Positions 50,755-61,486 are shown, numbered from the stretch's first letter. The stretch: 64,000 nucleotides of DNA from Alphaproteobacteria bacterium (GCA_963665325.3 OZ224045.1:1856001-1920000); one strand, 5' to 3'. Program-made: numbers and translations. The notes: a model not told the origin generated them from the sequence alone.

Positions 50755-52158
50755 TTGCGTCAATTGGCGCCGGCAGTTCTGGTCCCGCTGTTCCTTGGCG
50801 CGTGCGGAACTGTCCCCGGCGTCGATCCGGCGGCCGTTCCGCGTCAGAACTATCTGGGCAGTGTCGTCGCCGGCGAGCCCAACGCTGCGCTGACCGCCCG
50901 GGACATTCTGAAAGCCGGCGGTTCCGCTGCAGATGCCGCGGCGGCGCTGGCCATGACGCTGGCCGTGACGAGGCCTTCCAGAGCCAGCCTCTGGGCCGGG
51001 GGCATCTGCATCGTGAATGACTCGAAAGACGGGGACCAGTGGGTCTATTCCTTCATCCACCCCGCGAGCGGGGAAAGCGAAGCGCCGCCGCCCATGCTGG
51101 TGAGGGGGGTGGCGCTTTTGCATGCAGCGCACGGCCGTCTGCATTGGGGCGCGGTGCCGGCGGCGGCGGAGCGTCTGGCGCTGCTGGGCCATCCGGTGTC
51201 GCGGGCGCTTGCGCGGGACATCGGGACCGCGCCTGAACGATTCGCGACGGCATTTTCAGGACGGCCTCTCGGGGAAGGCGACCTGCTGGTGCAGCCGGAG
51301 CTGGGCCGGATACTGAGCCGGATTCGCCTTGCCGGGCCGGGCGTGCTCTATGGCGGCCCCCTGGCGGCGGCGCTGATGCAGGGAGCGGCCGCTGCGGGAT
51401 ACCGGCTGGATGAGGCGACGTTGGGACGCGGCCTCCCGTCGGATCGGGAGCCGCTGTCTGCGGAAGGCGACCCGTGGCGGGCCTGGTTCGCCGCCGACGA
51501 GGCGAGCGCCGGGCCGGGGCAGGCTGCTTTTTGGGCACAACTTGTCGAGGACGACCGGATCGACGACACCGCTTTGCCGGTGCTTCCGCTCGTTGATGAC
51601 GGCGAAGCGGGGGAGGCGCCCGAGGACGGCGGCGGGACAGGCTTTGCGGTTGTGGACGCCGACGGGCTTGCGGTTGCCTGCGGCCTGACCATGAACGCGC
51701 CCCTCGGGACAGGCCGGATGGCTGGGGACACGGGAATAACGATTGCCGCGCCCAGGCCAGCGGGTGCGGCGGACCCCGCGCTTTCTCCGTTTCTGGTAAC
51801 GCTTGAGGCCGGCGACGAAATCCGCTTCGTCGGCGCCGGTTCCGGCGTGGGCGCCGAGCGCATCGGACCGGCCATTGCGCTGCGGACGCTGCTGGAAGCG
51901 GACACGCTGGATGCAGCAATCGCCGGCCCGCGGGCGGTGCGCGGCTCCGGGCAGGAGATAATGGCGGAAGCGGCGGTCCCGGAGGCCGTGCGCGCCGGGC
52001 TGCTGAAGGACGGCCATACCCTCTCGGAGGTCGAACGGATCGGCTTTGTTGCAGCGATTCGCTGCCGGGCGACGGACCCGGGCAGTCCCGGCCCGGTTTG
52101 CCGGGCCCATGCGGATCCGCGCGGCGCGGGCCTCGCGATCCAGGTCTTCGGAGAGTAG
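50755..52158 (+). CDS. Gamma-glutamyltransferase-like lipoprotein (start uncertain)
   Basis: Lipobox LGAC; GG.AADAA, P...SL.AGG, FAVVD.DG, ADPRG.G. Confidence 0.75.
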   Translation: MRQLAPAVLVPLFLGACGTVPGVDPAAVPRQNYLGSVVAGEPNAALTARDILKAGGSAADAAAALAMTLAVTRPSRASLWAGGICIVNDSKDGDQWVYSFIHPASGESEAPPPMLVRGVALLHAAHGRLHWGAVPAAAERLALLGHPVSRALARDIGTAPERFATAFSGRPLGEGDLLVQPELGRILSRIRLAGPGVLYGGPLAAALMQGAAAAGYRLDEATLGRGLPSDREPLSAEGDPWRAWFAADEASAGPGQAAFWAQLVEDDRIDDTALPVLPLVDDGEAGEAPEDGGGTGFAVVDADGLAVACGLTMNAPLGTGRMAGDTGITIAAPRPAGAADPALSPFLVTLEAGDEIRFVGAGSGVGAERIGPAIALRTLLEADTLDAAIAGPRAVRGSGQEIMAEAAVPEAVRAGLLKDGHTLSEVERIGFVAAIRCRATDPGSPGPVCRAHADPRGAGLAIQVFGE

Positions 52159-52164
52159 GCGGCC

Positions 52165-53319
52165 GTGGCATTTCAGGTTTCCCGCCGGGGCGGGATCGAC
52201 CCCTTCATCGTCCTGCAGGTGCTGCGGGCGGCGGGTGAGCGCGCGTCTGCGGGCAAACCGGTCTTTCCGCTGCAGATCGGTCAGCCGAGCACCCCCGCGC
52301 CTTTGGGAGCCAGGGAAGCCGCGAAGGCCGCTATCGACGAGCAGGTGCTTGGCTACACCGACGCGCCGGGTATCGAGCCGTTGCGCCGGCGCATCGCGCT
52401 GCATTACCGCGAACGCTACGGGGAAGAAGTCGCCCCGGAACGGGTGTTCGTCACGACCGGGTCGTCCGGCGGCTTCGTGCTCGCTTTCCTCGCTGCGTTC
52501 GATGCCGGCGCTCGGGTGGTGCTTACCGACCCGAGTTATCCCTGTTACCGCAATGTGCTGTCGGCGCTCGGCATAGAGACAGTGCAGGTGCCCACAGGCC
52601 CGGATACACGCTTCCAGCCGACTCCGGAGCTTCTGGAGGGCGTCGAGGGGTCGGTGGACGGGCTGGTGATCGCGAGCCCGTCGAACCCGACCGGCTCCAT
52701 GCTGTCGCCGGATGCGCTCGCCCGCCTTGCGGCATGGTGCCACGACCGGGGCGTCCGCCTGATCTCGGACGAGATCTACCACGGCATCGCATACGGCATG
52801 AAAGAGGCGACGGCGGCCGGCTGGCCCTCCGCAGTCGTCGTCAACAGCTTCTCGAAATACTTCTCGATGACAGGCTGGCGGGTCGGCTGGCTGGTGCTGC
52901 CGGAAGACCTGTCGGTCGCGGTGGAACGGTTGGGCCAGAACCTGTTCCTGAACACGCCGACAGTTTCCCAATATGCCGCGCTCGCGGCATTCGAGTGCCG
53001 GGAGGAGCTGGAGGAGAATGTCCGGCGCTATGCGCGCAACCGCGAGATTCTGCTGTCAGCCCTGCCGGCCATGGGCATCGGCGAGTTCGCCGCGCCGGAC
53101 GGCGCGTTCTACGTCTATGCCGATATCGGCCACCTGACGAATGACAGCATGGCTTTCTGCCGGCGGCTGCTGGACGAAACCGGCGTCGCCATCACTCCCG
53201 GCGTCGATTTCGACCGCGAGCGGGGCAGCCGGACGGTTCGCCTCAGCTATTGCGCCGCGACGGAGGAGGTCGAGGCGGCCATGGACCGCCTCGCCGCTTT
53301 CCTGCGTAGGCCGGGTTAG
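52165..53319 (+). CDS. Class I PLP aminotransferase
   Basis: SPSNPTG, SDEIYHG, SFSKYFSMTGWR.G. Confidence 0.93.
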   Translation: MAFQVSRRGGIDPFIVLQVLRAAGERASAGKPVFPLQIGQPSTPAPLGAREAAKAAIDEQVLGYTDAPGIEPLRRRIALHYRERYGEEVAPERVFVTTGSSGGFVLAFLAAFDAGARVVLTDPSYPCYRNVLSALGIETVQVPTGPDTRFQPTPELLEGVEGSVDGLVIASPSNPTGSMLSPDALARLAAWCHDRGVRLISDEIYHGIAYGMKEATAAGWPSAVVVNSFSKYFSMTGWRVGWLVLPEDLSVAVERLGQNLFLNTPTVSQYAALAAFECREELEENVRRYARNREILLSALPAMGIGEFAAPDGAFYVYADIGHLTNDSMAFCRRLLDETGVAITPGVDFDRERGSRTVRLSYCAATEEVEAAMDRLAAFLRRPG

Positions 53320-53340
53320 GACCGCCTCCGCGGAATCCGT

Positions 53341-54141
53341 TCAGCGGCCTGAGAACGCGGCCGGGCGCTTTTCGCGGAAGGCAGCGACGCCTTCCTCATA
53401 ATCCTGCGTCTGTCCGGCAGCGGTCTGGGTGTCGGCCTCCGCCTTGAGCTGGGCGCTGTAGCCGTTTTCCAGGCTCTGCCAGTAGAGCCGGCGGATCATG
53501 CCGAGCGAGGCCGGGCCGCCAGCGAGCCGGCGCGCCATCGCCATTGCCTCGTCCATCAGCGCCTCGTCGTCCACAACCCGGTTGACCATGCCCCATTCGA
53601 GCGCCGTTTCCGCCGGCAGCCGTTCGGCCAGCATGGAGAGCTCCATCGCACGGGCCATGCCGACAAGGCGCGGCAGGATCCATGTCGCCCCGCCATCCGG
53701 CACGAGGCCGATGCGGGCGAAGGCCTGCAGGAAATAGCCGGACCTGGCGGCTATGCGGATGTCGGCCGAAAGCGCGAAGCTCATGCCGATGCCGGCGGCG
53801 ACGCCGTTGACCGCGGATACGACCGGAACGGGAGAGGCGCGCAATCGCTCGAGGGTCGGGTTGTACCAGCCTTCCAGGTCGCTCTTCTGCTCGCCCCTGG
53901 CCTCCGCCTCCCGGTCGCGGGGCGGGCGGTCGGGGTCGTTCAGGTTCGCGCCCGAGCAGAACGCCCGGCCGTTGCCCGTCAACAGGATGCAGCGCGCGTC
54001 GCTGGCTTCGATGCGGTCGAGCGCAGCGGAGAAGTCCTCGCGCATCCGGTGGCCGATGGCATTCAGCACATCCGGATCGTTGAATGCGAGGATGGCGACG
54101 CCTTCGTCGAATCGCAGCTCCATCTTGCCATTGCTTGTCAT
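53341..54141 (-). CDS. Enoyl-CoA hydratase/isomerase (PaaG-like)
   Basis: GRAFCSGAN, AF..IGLVPDGG, EG..AF.EKR. Confidence 0.9.
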   Translation of the reverse strand: MTSNGKMELRFDEGVAILAFNDPDVLNAIGHRMREDFSAALDRIEASDARCILLTGNGRAFCSGANLNDPDRPPRDREAEARGEQKSDLEGWYNPTLERLRASPVPVVSAVNGVAAGIGMSFALSADIRIAARSGYFLQAFARIGLVPDGGATWILPRLVGMARAMELSMLAERLPAETALEWGMVNRVVDDEALMDEAMAMARRLAGGPASLGMIRRLYWQSLENGYSAQLKAEADTQTAAGQTQDYEEGVAAFREKRPAAFSGR

Positions 54142-54169
54142 GGCGCGGTCGGGTCCTCTCGTTTCGGGT

Positions 54170-56677
54170 TCAGACCAGGTTCAGTTGCCGCCGCCACCAT
54201 CCGCGCCGGCGAGGCGCTTCCGCGTCCTCGGCGGCCGGGGCGGCCTCAGCTTCCGGCTCGTTGGCCGGGGCGGCCTCGGCTCCCGGCTCGGCGGCCGGGG
54301 CGGCCTCAGCTTCCGGCTCGTTGGCCGGGGCGGCCTCGGCTTCCGGCTCGGCGGACTCGGCCTCCGGCTCCGCGGCAGGGGCGGCTTCCGGTTCCGGCGC
54401 CTCTTCCTGCAAAGGAGGCTCCGGGGCAGGCGGCTCCGCTGCGGACGGCTCGGGCGCGGACGACTCGGAAGGCTGTGCCTCCGAAGCGGCGGCCTCCGGA
54501 GCCTCTTCCTTCTTGCGGCGCGTGCGCCGCCGCCTTGGCTTCGGGGCTTCCTCCGGCGCTTCGGCAGCGACCGCCTCCGCCGGAGGGCCTGCGTCCGCCT
54601 GCTCCGCGGCAGGTTCGGCAGCCGCTTCGACCGGCGCTTCTTCCTTCTTGCGCCGCGTGCGCCGCCGCCTCGGCTTGGGAGCTTCCTCTACGGCCTCTGG
54701 GGTCTCTCCCTCGGCAGCGGGGGCAGCCTCGGGCTCCTGCGTCTTCGGATCCGGCTCCGCAGGAGCGGCGGCGCGGCGTCGCCGGCGCGGCGGCTTGGGC
54801 GCTTCCTCGGCAACCGGCTCAGCAACCGCGGCCTCCGGTTCGCCGGCGTCGGAAGTCTCGCCTGCCTCGACCGTCTCGGATTCGTCGGAAGCCCCGCCTC
54901 TCCGCCGCCGGCCGCCGCGGCGGCTGCGCCGCCTGCGCTTCGCGGCGCCTTCCTCGTCCTCGTCCTCGAGTTGGGGCGCCTCCTCCGCTGCCGGGCCGGC
55001 ATCGTCCGGCTCTGCATCGACAACCTCGTTCCGGGATTTCGGCGCCAGGCTTTCGAAGCGCCAGGTGCCGGGCGGCTGCGAATCATCGCGCTGGAGCAGG
55101 ATTTCGACGCCGTGGTCGCTGGCGAGGCGGTTCAGCAGGTTCCGCTTGTAGTTGAGCAGATAGAGCGCCGTATCGGTGGAGAGATATACCGACAGCACGC
55201 CGTGGCCGCCGCTCAGCGCCTCCTGCTCGATGGCGCGGGCGGTCTGCAGGGCGCTCGATTCGACAGACCGCATGAAGCCCGTGCCGTTGCAATGCGAGCA
55301 GGCGACAGTGCTGCTTTCGTGAATGCTCGGCCGCAGCCGCTGGCGCGACATCTCCAGCAGTCCGAGCGCGCTGATCCGCCCCACCTGTACGCGGGCCCGG
55401 TCGTTGCTCAGCGCATCCTTGAGCCGGCGTTCGACCTGGGAGTTGTTGCGCCGTTCTTCCATGTCGATGAAGTCGATGACGATGATGCCGGCAAGGTCGC
55501 GCAGGCGAAGCTGGCGGCCCACTTCGTCCGCTGCCTCGAGGTTGGTCTTGACGGCAGTCTCCTCGATATTGCGCTCGCGCGTCGACCGCCCGGAGTTCAC
55601 GTCGATGGCGACCAGCGCTTCGGTCGAATCGATGACCAGATAGCCGCCGGACGGAAGCTCCACCCGTGCCGTGTGCAGGTCGTAGAGCTGGTCCTCGATA
55701 CCGTGGGCGATGAACAGCGGCTCGGCCTCGTCCTTGTATTGCTGCACCCGCTTTGCATGGCTCGGCATCAGCGCCTTCATGAAATCCTTGGCGCTGCGGT
55801 AGGCCCGGTCGCCCTCGACCAGCACCTCGTCGACGTCACGCCCGTAAATGTCGCGGATCGCGCGCTTCACGAGGTCCGCTTCCTCATAGATGAGCGCCGG
55901 CGCCGTGCTCGACAGCGTGTCCTCGCGGATGTGCTCCCAGGTGCGGGTCAGGAAATCGTAGTCGCGCTTGATCTCTGTCTTGGTGCGCTTGACGCCGGCG
56001 GTCCGCATGATGACCGCCGTGCCGTCGGGGACCTCGAGGCTCTCGACAATGCCCTTCAGTTTGCGCCGGTCGGTCGCATCGGTGATCTTGCGCGAGATAC
56101 CGCCGCCATGCCCGGTATTCGGCATCAGCACGCAATACCGTCCGGCAAGCGAAAGATAGGTGGTCAGCGCCGCCCCCTTCGTGCCGCGCTCTTCCTTGGA
56201 GACCTGCACGAGCACGATCTGGCGGCGCTTGATGACCTCCTGGATTTTGTATTGCCTGCGTAGCCTGTTGGCCCGGCGCCTGTCTTCCTGTGGCTCGTCC
56301 CGGCCGTTGGCCTGGCCGTTGGCCTGGGCGTCGGCTTCCTCGGCGTCGTCATCTTCGACCTCACCGCCTTCGAGGTCGCTTTCGCGGCGCGCGGCCGCTT
56401 CCTCCTCGATCAGCGCCTGGCGGTCTTCCTGGGGCAGCCGGTAGTAGTCGGGATGGATATCCGCGAACGGCAGGAAACCGTGCCGGTTGCCGCCGTAATC
56501 GACGAAGGCTGCCTGCAGCGAGGCTTCGACGCGGGCGATCTTGCCGAGATAGATATTGCCTTTCAGGGTCGTCCGGGCAGCGGCTTCGTAGTCGAAGTCC
56601 TCAAGCCGGCGTTCGTTTACGACAGCGATCCGGGTTTCTTCCGGATGCGCTGCGTCGATGAGCATGCTCCTGGTCAT
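54170..56677 (-). CDS. rne: Ribonuclease E
   Basis: GNIY.G, AAFVDYG..RHGFL, KGAALTT, IDVNSG, IDFIDM, LLEMSRQR, CSHC; disordered C-terminal domain ending GWW. Confidence 0.96.
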   Translation of the reverse strand: MTRSMLIDAAHPEETRIAVVNERRLEDFDYEAAARTTLKGNIYLGKIARVEASLQAAFVDYGGNRHGFLPFADIHPDYYRLPQEDRQALIEEEAAARRESDLEGGEVEDDDAEEADAQANGQANGRDEPQEDRRRANRLRRQYKIQEVIKRRQIVLVQVSKEERGTKGAALTTYLSLAGRYCVLMPNTGHGGGISRKITDATDRRKLKGIVESLEVPDGTAVIMRTAGVKRTKTEIKRDYDFLTRTWEHIREDTLSSTAPALIYEEADLVKRAIRDIYGRDVDEVLVEGDRAYRSAKDFMKALMPSHAKRVQQYKDEAEPLFIAHGIEDQLYDLHTARVELPSGGYLVIDSTEALVAIDVNSGRSTRERNIEETAVKTNLEAADEVGRQLRLRDLAGIIVIDFIDMEERRNNSQVERRLKDALSNDRARVQVGRISALGLLEMSRQRLRPSIHESSTVACSHCNGTGFMRSVESSALQTARAIEQEALSGGHGVLSVYLSTDTALYLLNYKRNLLNRLASDHGVEILLQRDDSQPPGTWRFESLAPKSRNEVVDAEPDDAGPAAEEAPQLEDEDEEGAAKRRRRSRRGGRRRRGGASDESETVEAGETSDAGEPEAAVAEPVAEEAPKPPRRRRRAAAPAEPDPKTQEPEAAPAAEGETPEAVEEAPKPRRRRTRRKKEEAPVEAAAEPAAEQADAGPPAEAVAAEAPEEAPKPRRRRTRRKKEEAPEAAASEAQPSESSAPEPSAAEPPAPEPPLQEEAPEPEAAPAAEPEAESAEPEAEAAPANEPEAEAAPAAEPGAEAAPANEPEAEAAPAAEDAEAPRRRGWWRRQLNLV
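54227..54355 (-). repeat. Intragenic 30-bp tandem repeat (EPEAEAAPAN/A) in the RNase E C-terminal domain
   Basis: 54241-54300 and 54301-54360 are near-identical, each made of two 30-bp subunits. Confidence 0.85.
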
Positions 56678-57032
56678 TTAGTCGGGGCTCCGGGAATGCG
56701 GCAGCGCCGGTGCGGGGGCAGCGATCCGGCAGGCACAGGACAGTCATGGACTTGGCCTCCGATCGCGCAGGCTCGACCGCCCGGGCGCTCCGTGGATGGG
56801 AAGTTGAACACTCATTGCCAATCCGTGTAGACCCCGGCCGGCCGGACTTTCGCTGGCGGCGCAAACGAAAAAGCGATTTCGGATGGCGACAGGAACGGCC
56901 CGCTCGGCACGAGAACACAGACCAGCAAGCGTGCGCTACATTAGCGCGACCGGCGGCCGGCGGCAATCTCTAATCTGGGCCGCGGGGAACAGGCCTTGAT
57001 TTTGCCACGATGTTCGTCTGTATCCGGGTGAA

Positions 57033-59417
57033 ATGATTCGTCTGTTGCGCTTCTTCTTCTGGCTTGCCGCCGTGGGCACGGTGCTGGGCGGCATCGCCGG
57101 CCTGTTCGTGGTGGACCATTTTGCCCGCGGCCTCCCGGCCTATGGCTGGCTTGCGACCTATGAACCGCCGGTTGCCACCCGCGTCCATGCCGGCGACGGT
57201 CGGCTTCTGGCCGAGTTTGCGGTCGAGCATCGTCTGTTCGTTCCGGTCGAGGCGATCCCGAAGCGGGTCGTCGATGCGTTCCTGTCTGCGGAAGACAAGA
57301 CCTTCTACGACCATGCCGGCCTCGATCCGGCCGGTCTGTTTCGCGCCGTCTATACGAATATTCGCAGCAAGCTGTCCGAGTCGGCACGGCGGCCGGTGGG
57401 CGGATCGACGATCACGCAGCAGGTCGCCAAGAATTTCCTGCTGAGCGCGGAAGTCTCCGTCGAGCGGAAGATCAAGGAGGCGATCCTGGCCTTCCGGCTC
57501 GAAAAGGCGCTGCCCAAGGATGCCATCCTCGAGCTCTACCTGAACCAGATTTACCTGGGATACGGCTCCTACGGCGTTGCGGCCGCGGCGCTCAACTATT
57601 TCAACAGCTCGCTCGACGATCTCACGATTGCCGAAGCGGCCTTCCTTGCCGCCCTGCCCAAGGCGCCCAACAACTACCACCCCGTCCGGCGCCGCCCGCA
57701 GGCGCTTGCGCGCCGCAACTGGGTGGTCGGGCGGATGCTGGACGACGGACGCATATCGCCGGTCGAGGCGGAGGAGGCGATCCGGGCTTCGCTCGAGACC
57801 CGGTCCCGCAAGGCGACGGAGTTCTTCGAGGCCGAATGGTTTGCCGAGGAAGTCCGTAGGGAGCTGATGGAGGTCTTCGGACAGGAGAAGCTCTATTCGG
57901 GCGGATTGTCCGTCCGGACGACCATAGACCCGAAACTGCAGCGTATCGGGGAGCATGCCTTGCGTTCTGGTCTTCAGGGCTATGATCGCCGCCACGGCTG
58001 GCGCGGTCCTCTCGCGCGCCTCGACCGGGACGATCTTGCAGCTGCGCTGGCGTCGGCGTCCGAGCCGCCGGGGCTCAGCCCCTATCGCCTCGCGGCGGTT
58101 ACCGGCGTTTCGGCGGACGCCGCCGCCATTCTCCTGAAGGACGGCAGCGCCGGTCGCATCCCGCTGGCGGAGGCCGAATGGGCGAGGCGGTCGCTTCCAA
58201 AGCAGAGGGTCGGCGCGGCGCCGAAGCGCATGCACGGGATTTTGAAGGCGGGCGACCTGGTTGCGATCGAACCGGCCAATGGGGGACCCGACGGCATGTG
58301 GGCGCTGCGCCAGATCCCGGATATCGAAGGCGCGCTGATCGCGATGGACCCGCATACCGGGCATGTGCTCGCAATGGTCGGCGGCTACGACGCCGAGCGC
58401 AGCGAGTTCAACCGCGCGACCCAGGCGATGCGCCAGCCCGGATCGGCCTTCAAGCCGTTCGTTTACCTGGCGGCCCTCCAGGAGGGCTACACGCCGGCCA
58501 CGCTGCTCGCCGACATGCCGATCGTCATCGACCAGGGCGGCGATCTCGGCCTCTGGCGGCCGCAGAACTACGCCGGTTCCTTCCACGGGATCGTGCCGAT
58601 GCGAATCGGCATCGAGAAGTCCCGCAACCTGATGACGGTGCGCCTGGCGCAAGCCGTCGGCATGAACCGGGTCGCCGCTGTCGCTGGCCGGTTCGGCATA
58701 CAGGAGGAGATGCCGGAGGTGCTGTCGATGTCGCTCGGGGCGGGCGAGACGACGCTCGCCCGGATGACGGCCGCCTACGCCATGCTCGCAAATGGCGGCC
58801 GTCGCATCTCGCCGACGATCGTCGACCGCGTGCAGGACCGGCACGGGCGCACGGTCTTCCGCCATGAGCAGCGGACATGCGCGGGCTGCGACACGCTCGA
58901 GGAGCTCGGTCCGAAGGTGCCTTACCCGCCGGATCCGCGCGAGCGGATCGCCGACCCCCAGAGCGTCTACCAGGTAGTGTCCATGTTGGAGGGCGTCGTG
59001 CTGCGGGGAACCGGGCGCCGGCTGCGGGCGGTCGGCAAGCCGCTTGCCGGAAAGACGGGCACAACCAGCGACTATGTCGATGCGTGGTTCGTGGGCTTCG
59101 CCTCCGATCTCGTCGTGGGCGTGTATGTCGGTTTCGACCGGCCGCGCACGCTCGGCCATGCGGAGACGGGCTCGTCGGTGGCGGCGCCGGTCTTCGGTGC
59201 CTTCATGCGCGAGGCGCTCGACCGGACGCCGGCGGCGCCGTTCCGGATTCCGCCGGGCATGTCGTTCCTGCGCGTCGGCCGCACCAGCGGCAAACCGGCG
59301 GAACCCGGCGAGGCCGACATCATCCTCGAGGCCTTTAGGCCGGGGACCGAGCCGCGCCCCGAAGGGCCCGGCCGCCTGCCGGCGGGCAGCGGCGAGCGAA
59401 TTTCCGGTATATACTGA
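57033..59417 (+). CDS. mrcA: Penicillin-binding protein 1A
   Basis: EDK.F..H.G, GGSTITQQ, RK..E, SAFK, SRN, KTG. Confidence 0.95.
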   Translation: MIRLLRFFFWLAAVGTVLGGIAGLFVVDHFARGLPAYGWLATYEPPVATRVHAGDGRLLAEFAVEHRLFVPVEAIPKRVVDAFLSAEDKTFYDHAGLDPAGLFRAVYTNIRSKLSESARRPVGGSTITQQVAKNFLLSAEVSVERKIKEAILAFRLEKALPKDAILELYLNQIYLGYGSYGVAAAALNYFNSSLDDLTIAEAAFLAALPKAPNNYHPVRRRPQALARRNWVVGRMLDDGRISPVEAEEAIRASLETRSRKATEFFEAEWFAEEVRRELMEVFGQEKLYSGGLSVRTTIDPKLQRIGEHALRSGLQGYDRRHGWRGPLARLDRDDLAAALASASEPPGLSPYRLAAVTGVSADAAAILLKDGSAGRIPLAEAEWARRSLPKQRVGAAPKRMHGILKAGDLVAIEPANGGPDGMWALRQIPDIEGALIAMDPHTGHVLAMVGGYDAERSEFNRATQAMRQPGSAFKPFVYLAALQEGYTPATLLADMPIVIDQGGDLGLWRPQNYAGSFHGIVPMRIGIEKSRNLMTVRLAQAVGMNRVAAVAGRFGIQEEMPEVLSMSLGAGETTLARMTAAYAMLANGGRRISPTIVDRVQDRHGRTVFRHEQRTCAGCDTLEELGPKVPYPPDPRERIADPQSVYQVVSMLEGVVLRGTGRRLRAVGKPLAGKTGTTSDYVDAWFVGFASDLVVGVYVGFDRPRTLGHAETGSSVAAPVFGAFMREALDRTPAAPFRIPPGMSFLRVGRTSGKPAEPGEADIILEAFRPGTEPRPEGPGRLPAGSGERISGIY

Positions 59418-59447
59418 ACCGATCCCGGTTTCGGTGGAGACTGCTCG

Positions 59448-60570
59448 ATGCGTGCAGAAGCGCAGGCCCTGGTGGATGACATCCGCGACAGCCTTACCCT
59501 GATCCGGAGGCATCTTTGACTGGGATGCATCGCTCGCGCGGCTGGAGGCGCTGAACGCCGAGGCCGAAGCCCCCGAACTCTGGAACGATCCGGCCCGCGC
59601 GCAGGAGGTGATGCGTGAGCGGACGCGGCTGGCCGACGGGCTGGAGGGCTTCCGCGCGCTTGAGACTGCGCTGGACGACGCGGTCACGCTCTATGAGCTA
59701 GGCGAGGCGGAAGAGGACGAGGGCGCGCTTGAGGAAGCCGAAGCCGAGCTTGAATCGATCCGGGAGCGGGCCGCCCGCCGCCGGCTGGAGAGCCTGCTTG
59801 CCGGCGAGGCCGACGGCAACGACTGCTACCTGGAGGTCAATGCCGGCGCGGGCGGCACCGAGGCGCAGGACTGGGCGCAGATGCTGCTGCGCATGTATGT
59901 TCGCTGGGCCGACGCCGGCGGCTACAAACTGGAATGGATCGAGGAAAGCCCCGGCGAGGAAGCGGGCATCAAGTCCGCATCCGTGCGGGTGAAGGGCGAC
60001 AACGCCTATGGCTGGCTGAAGACGGAGAGCGGTGTCCACCGCCTGGTGCGCATCTCGCCCTTCGACAGCCAGTCGCGCCGCCACACCAGCTTCGCCTCGG
60101 CCTGGGTCTATCCGGTGGTGGACGACCGGATCGAGGTCGAGATCGACGAGAGCGAGCTCCGCGTCGATGTCTATCGGGCATCGGGCGCCGGCGGGCAGCA
60201 TGTCAACAAGACGGAGAGCGCCGTCCGGATCACGCATATGCCGACCGGCATCGTGGTCCAGTGCCAGAACGACCGCTCGCAGCACCGCAACCGGGCAACG
60301 GCCATGGGGATGCTGAAGGCGCGGCTCTACGAGCACGAACTCCAGCGCCGGGAGGCCGAAGCGGCGGCGGAGCAGGCGGCGAAGGCGGATATCGGCTGGG
60401 GCAACCAGATCCGCTCCTACGTCCTCCAGCCCTACCAGATGGTGAAGGACCTGCGCACCGGCGTGGAGAAGGGCAACGCCCAGGGCGTGCTCGACGGCAA
60501 TATCGACGACTTCCTGAGCGCGGCGCTGGCCGCGAGAGTGGGCGCAGACCGGTCGGCGGAAAAGGGTTGA
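59448..60570 (+). CDS. prfB: Peptide chain release factor 2 (programmed +1 frameshift)
   Basis: ATG 59448 reads MRAEAQ...RHL to CTT-TGA-C (59514-59520) with internal GGAGG; +1 frame continues DWD... with SPF and GGQ. Confidence 0.96.
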
Positions 60571-61481
60571 TACCTCTCGACGACAAGAGGTTCCGCCCTC
60601 TGGAGGGCGCGCCGGACTGGAGCGAAGAGGTCTTCGATAGGTGCGCGGAACTCACGGAGCTTCTGGAGGCGCATTCATATCGCTTCGCCCGGACGATGCC
60701 CGGTGCGCCGCATTCCTACACGCTCAAGCGGACCTGGGAGAGCGAAGACCTGTTCGTCGAGGCGCTCCGGAAAATGCGGGCCGTGGAGCGCGTCGAGGAG
60801 TTGTTCGGGGGCCGGTGGTACCGCCGTTTCACCGCCAACGGCTACAAATACTGGACCATGGGGGCCGGGCTCGACCACATCCTCATCAACCGGGCCATCC
60901 ACGATGCCGGTTTCGACCCATATGCGGTCGTCGCCGACGCCTACGACCTCGGCATCCACAGAAGCAGGTCCGAAGTCGAGCGCACGCAACGGATTTACGA
61001 TTCGGTCGGGATCGATCCCGGCGCCGACATTCTCGACATCGGTTGCGGTACCGGGACTCTTGTCGATTTCCGCTTCAAGGACATAGCACCGGAGCGCTAT
61101 ACTGGTATCGATCCAAGTCGAGGGATGCTGGGCGTCTTCGCGGACAAGCACCCCGAATTCCGGGATCGCCTGATCCGAACCCGGTTTGAGGATTACTGGC
61201 CGAAGCCGGGGCGGAAATTCGATCTGGTCGCGGCGCTGTTCGGTGCGCCTTCCTATCTCGCGGACCCCGATTCCGTTTCCCGGAAAATAGGCTGGCTTCT
61301 CAAACCCGGCGGCGCAGCTGTGCTCATGTATTACAACGGGAAGCCCCAGGATACGGAAATATACCGGCGCCTTGGTATGCAGCCTCCCGCCGCATACGGC
61401 GAGCGCGTAAGCGGCGAATTTTGGACTGTTCGGGAGGAAATCAGTGCCGGCTGGCTTACACTTGTTGGCAGCAGGACTTGA
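60567..61481 (+). CDS. Class I SAM methyltransferase with extra N-terminal domain
   Basis: [18 protein letters not shown]...ALFG; N-terminal FARTMP..PHSY...YKYWTMG...LINRA block; TTG overlaps the prfB stop. Confidence 0.8.
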   Translation: MIPLDDKRFRPLEGAPDWSEEVFDRCAELTELLEAHSYRFARTMPGAPHSYTLKRTWESEDLFVEALRKMRAVERVEELFGGRWYRRFTANGYKYWTMGAGLDHILINRAIHDAGFDPYAVVADAYDLGIHRSRSEVERTQRIYDSVGIDPGADILDIGCGTGTLVDFRFKDIAPERYTGIDPSRGMLGVFADKHPEFRDRLIRTRFEDYWPKPGRKFDLVAALFGAPSYLADPDSVSRKIGWLLKPGGAAVLMYYNGKPQDTEIYRRLGMQPPAAYGERVSGEFWTVREEISAGWLTLVGSRT

Positions 61482-61486
61482 CTGCG

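Noticed and set aside
53753-56263. 836-aa plus-strand ORF, and the 905-aa minus-strand ORF at 56970-59687
   Set aside because: Antisense shadows of rne and mrcA caused by high GC; no recognisable motifs
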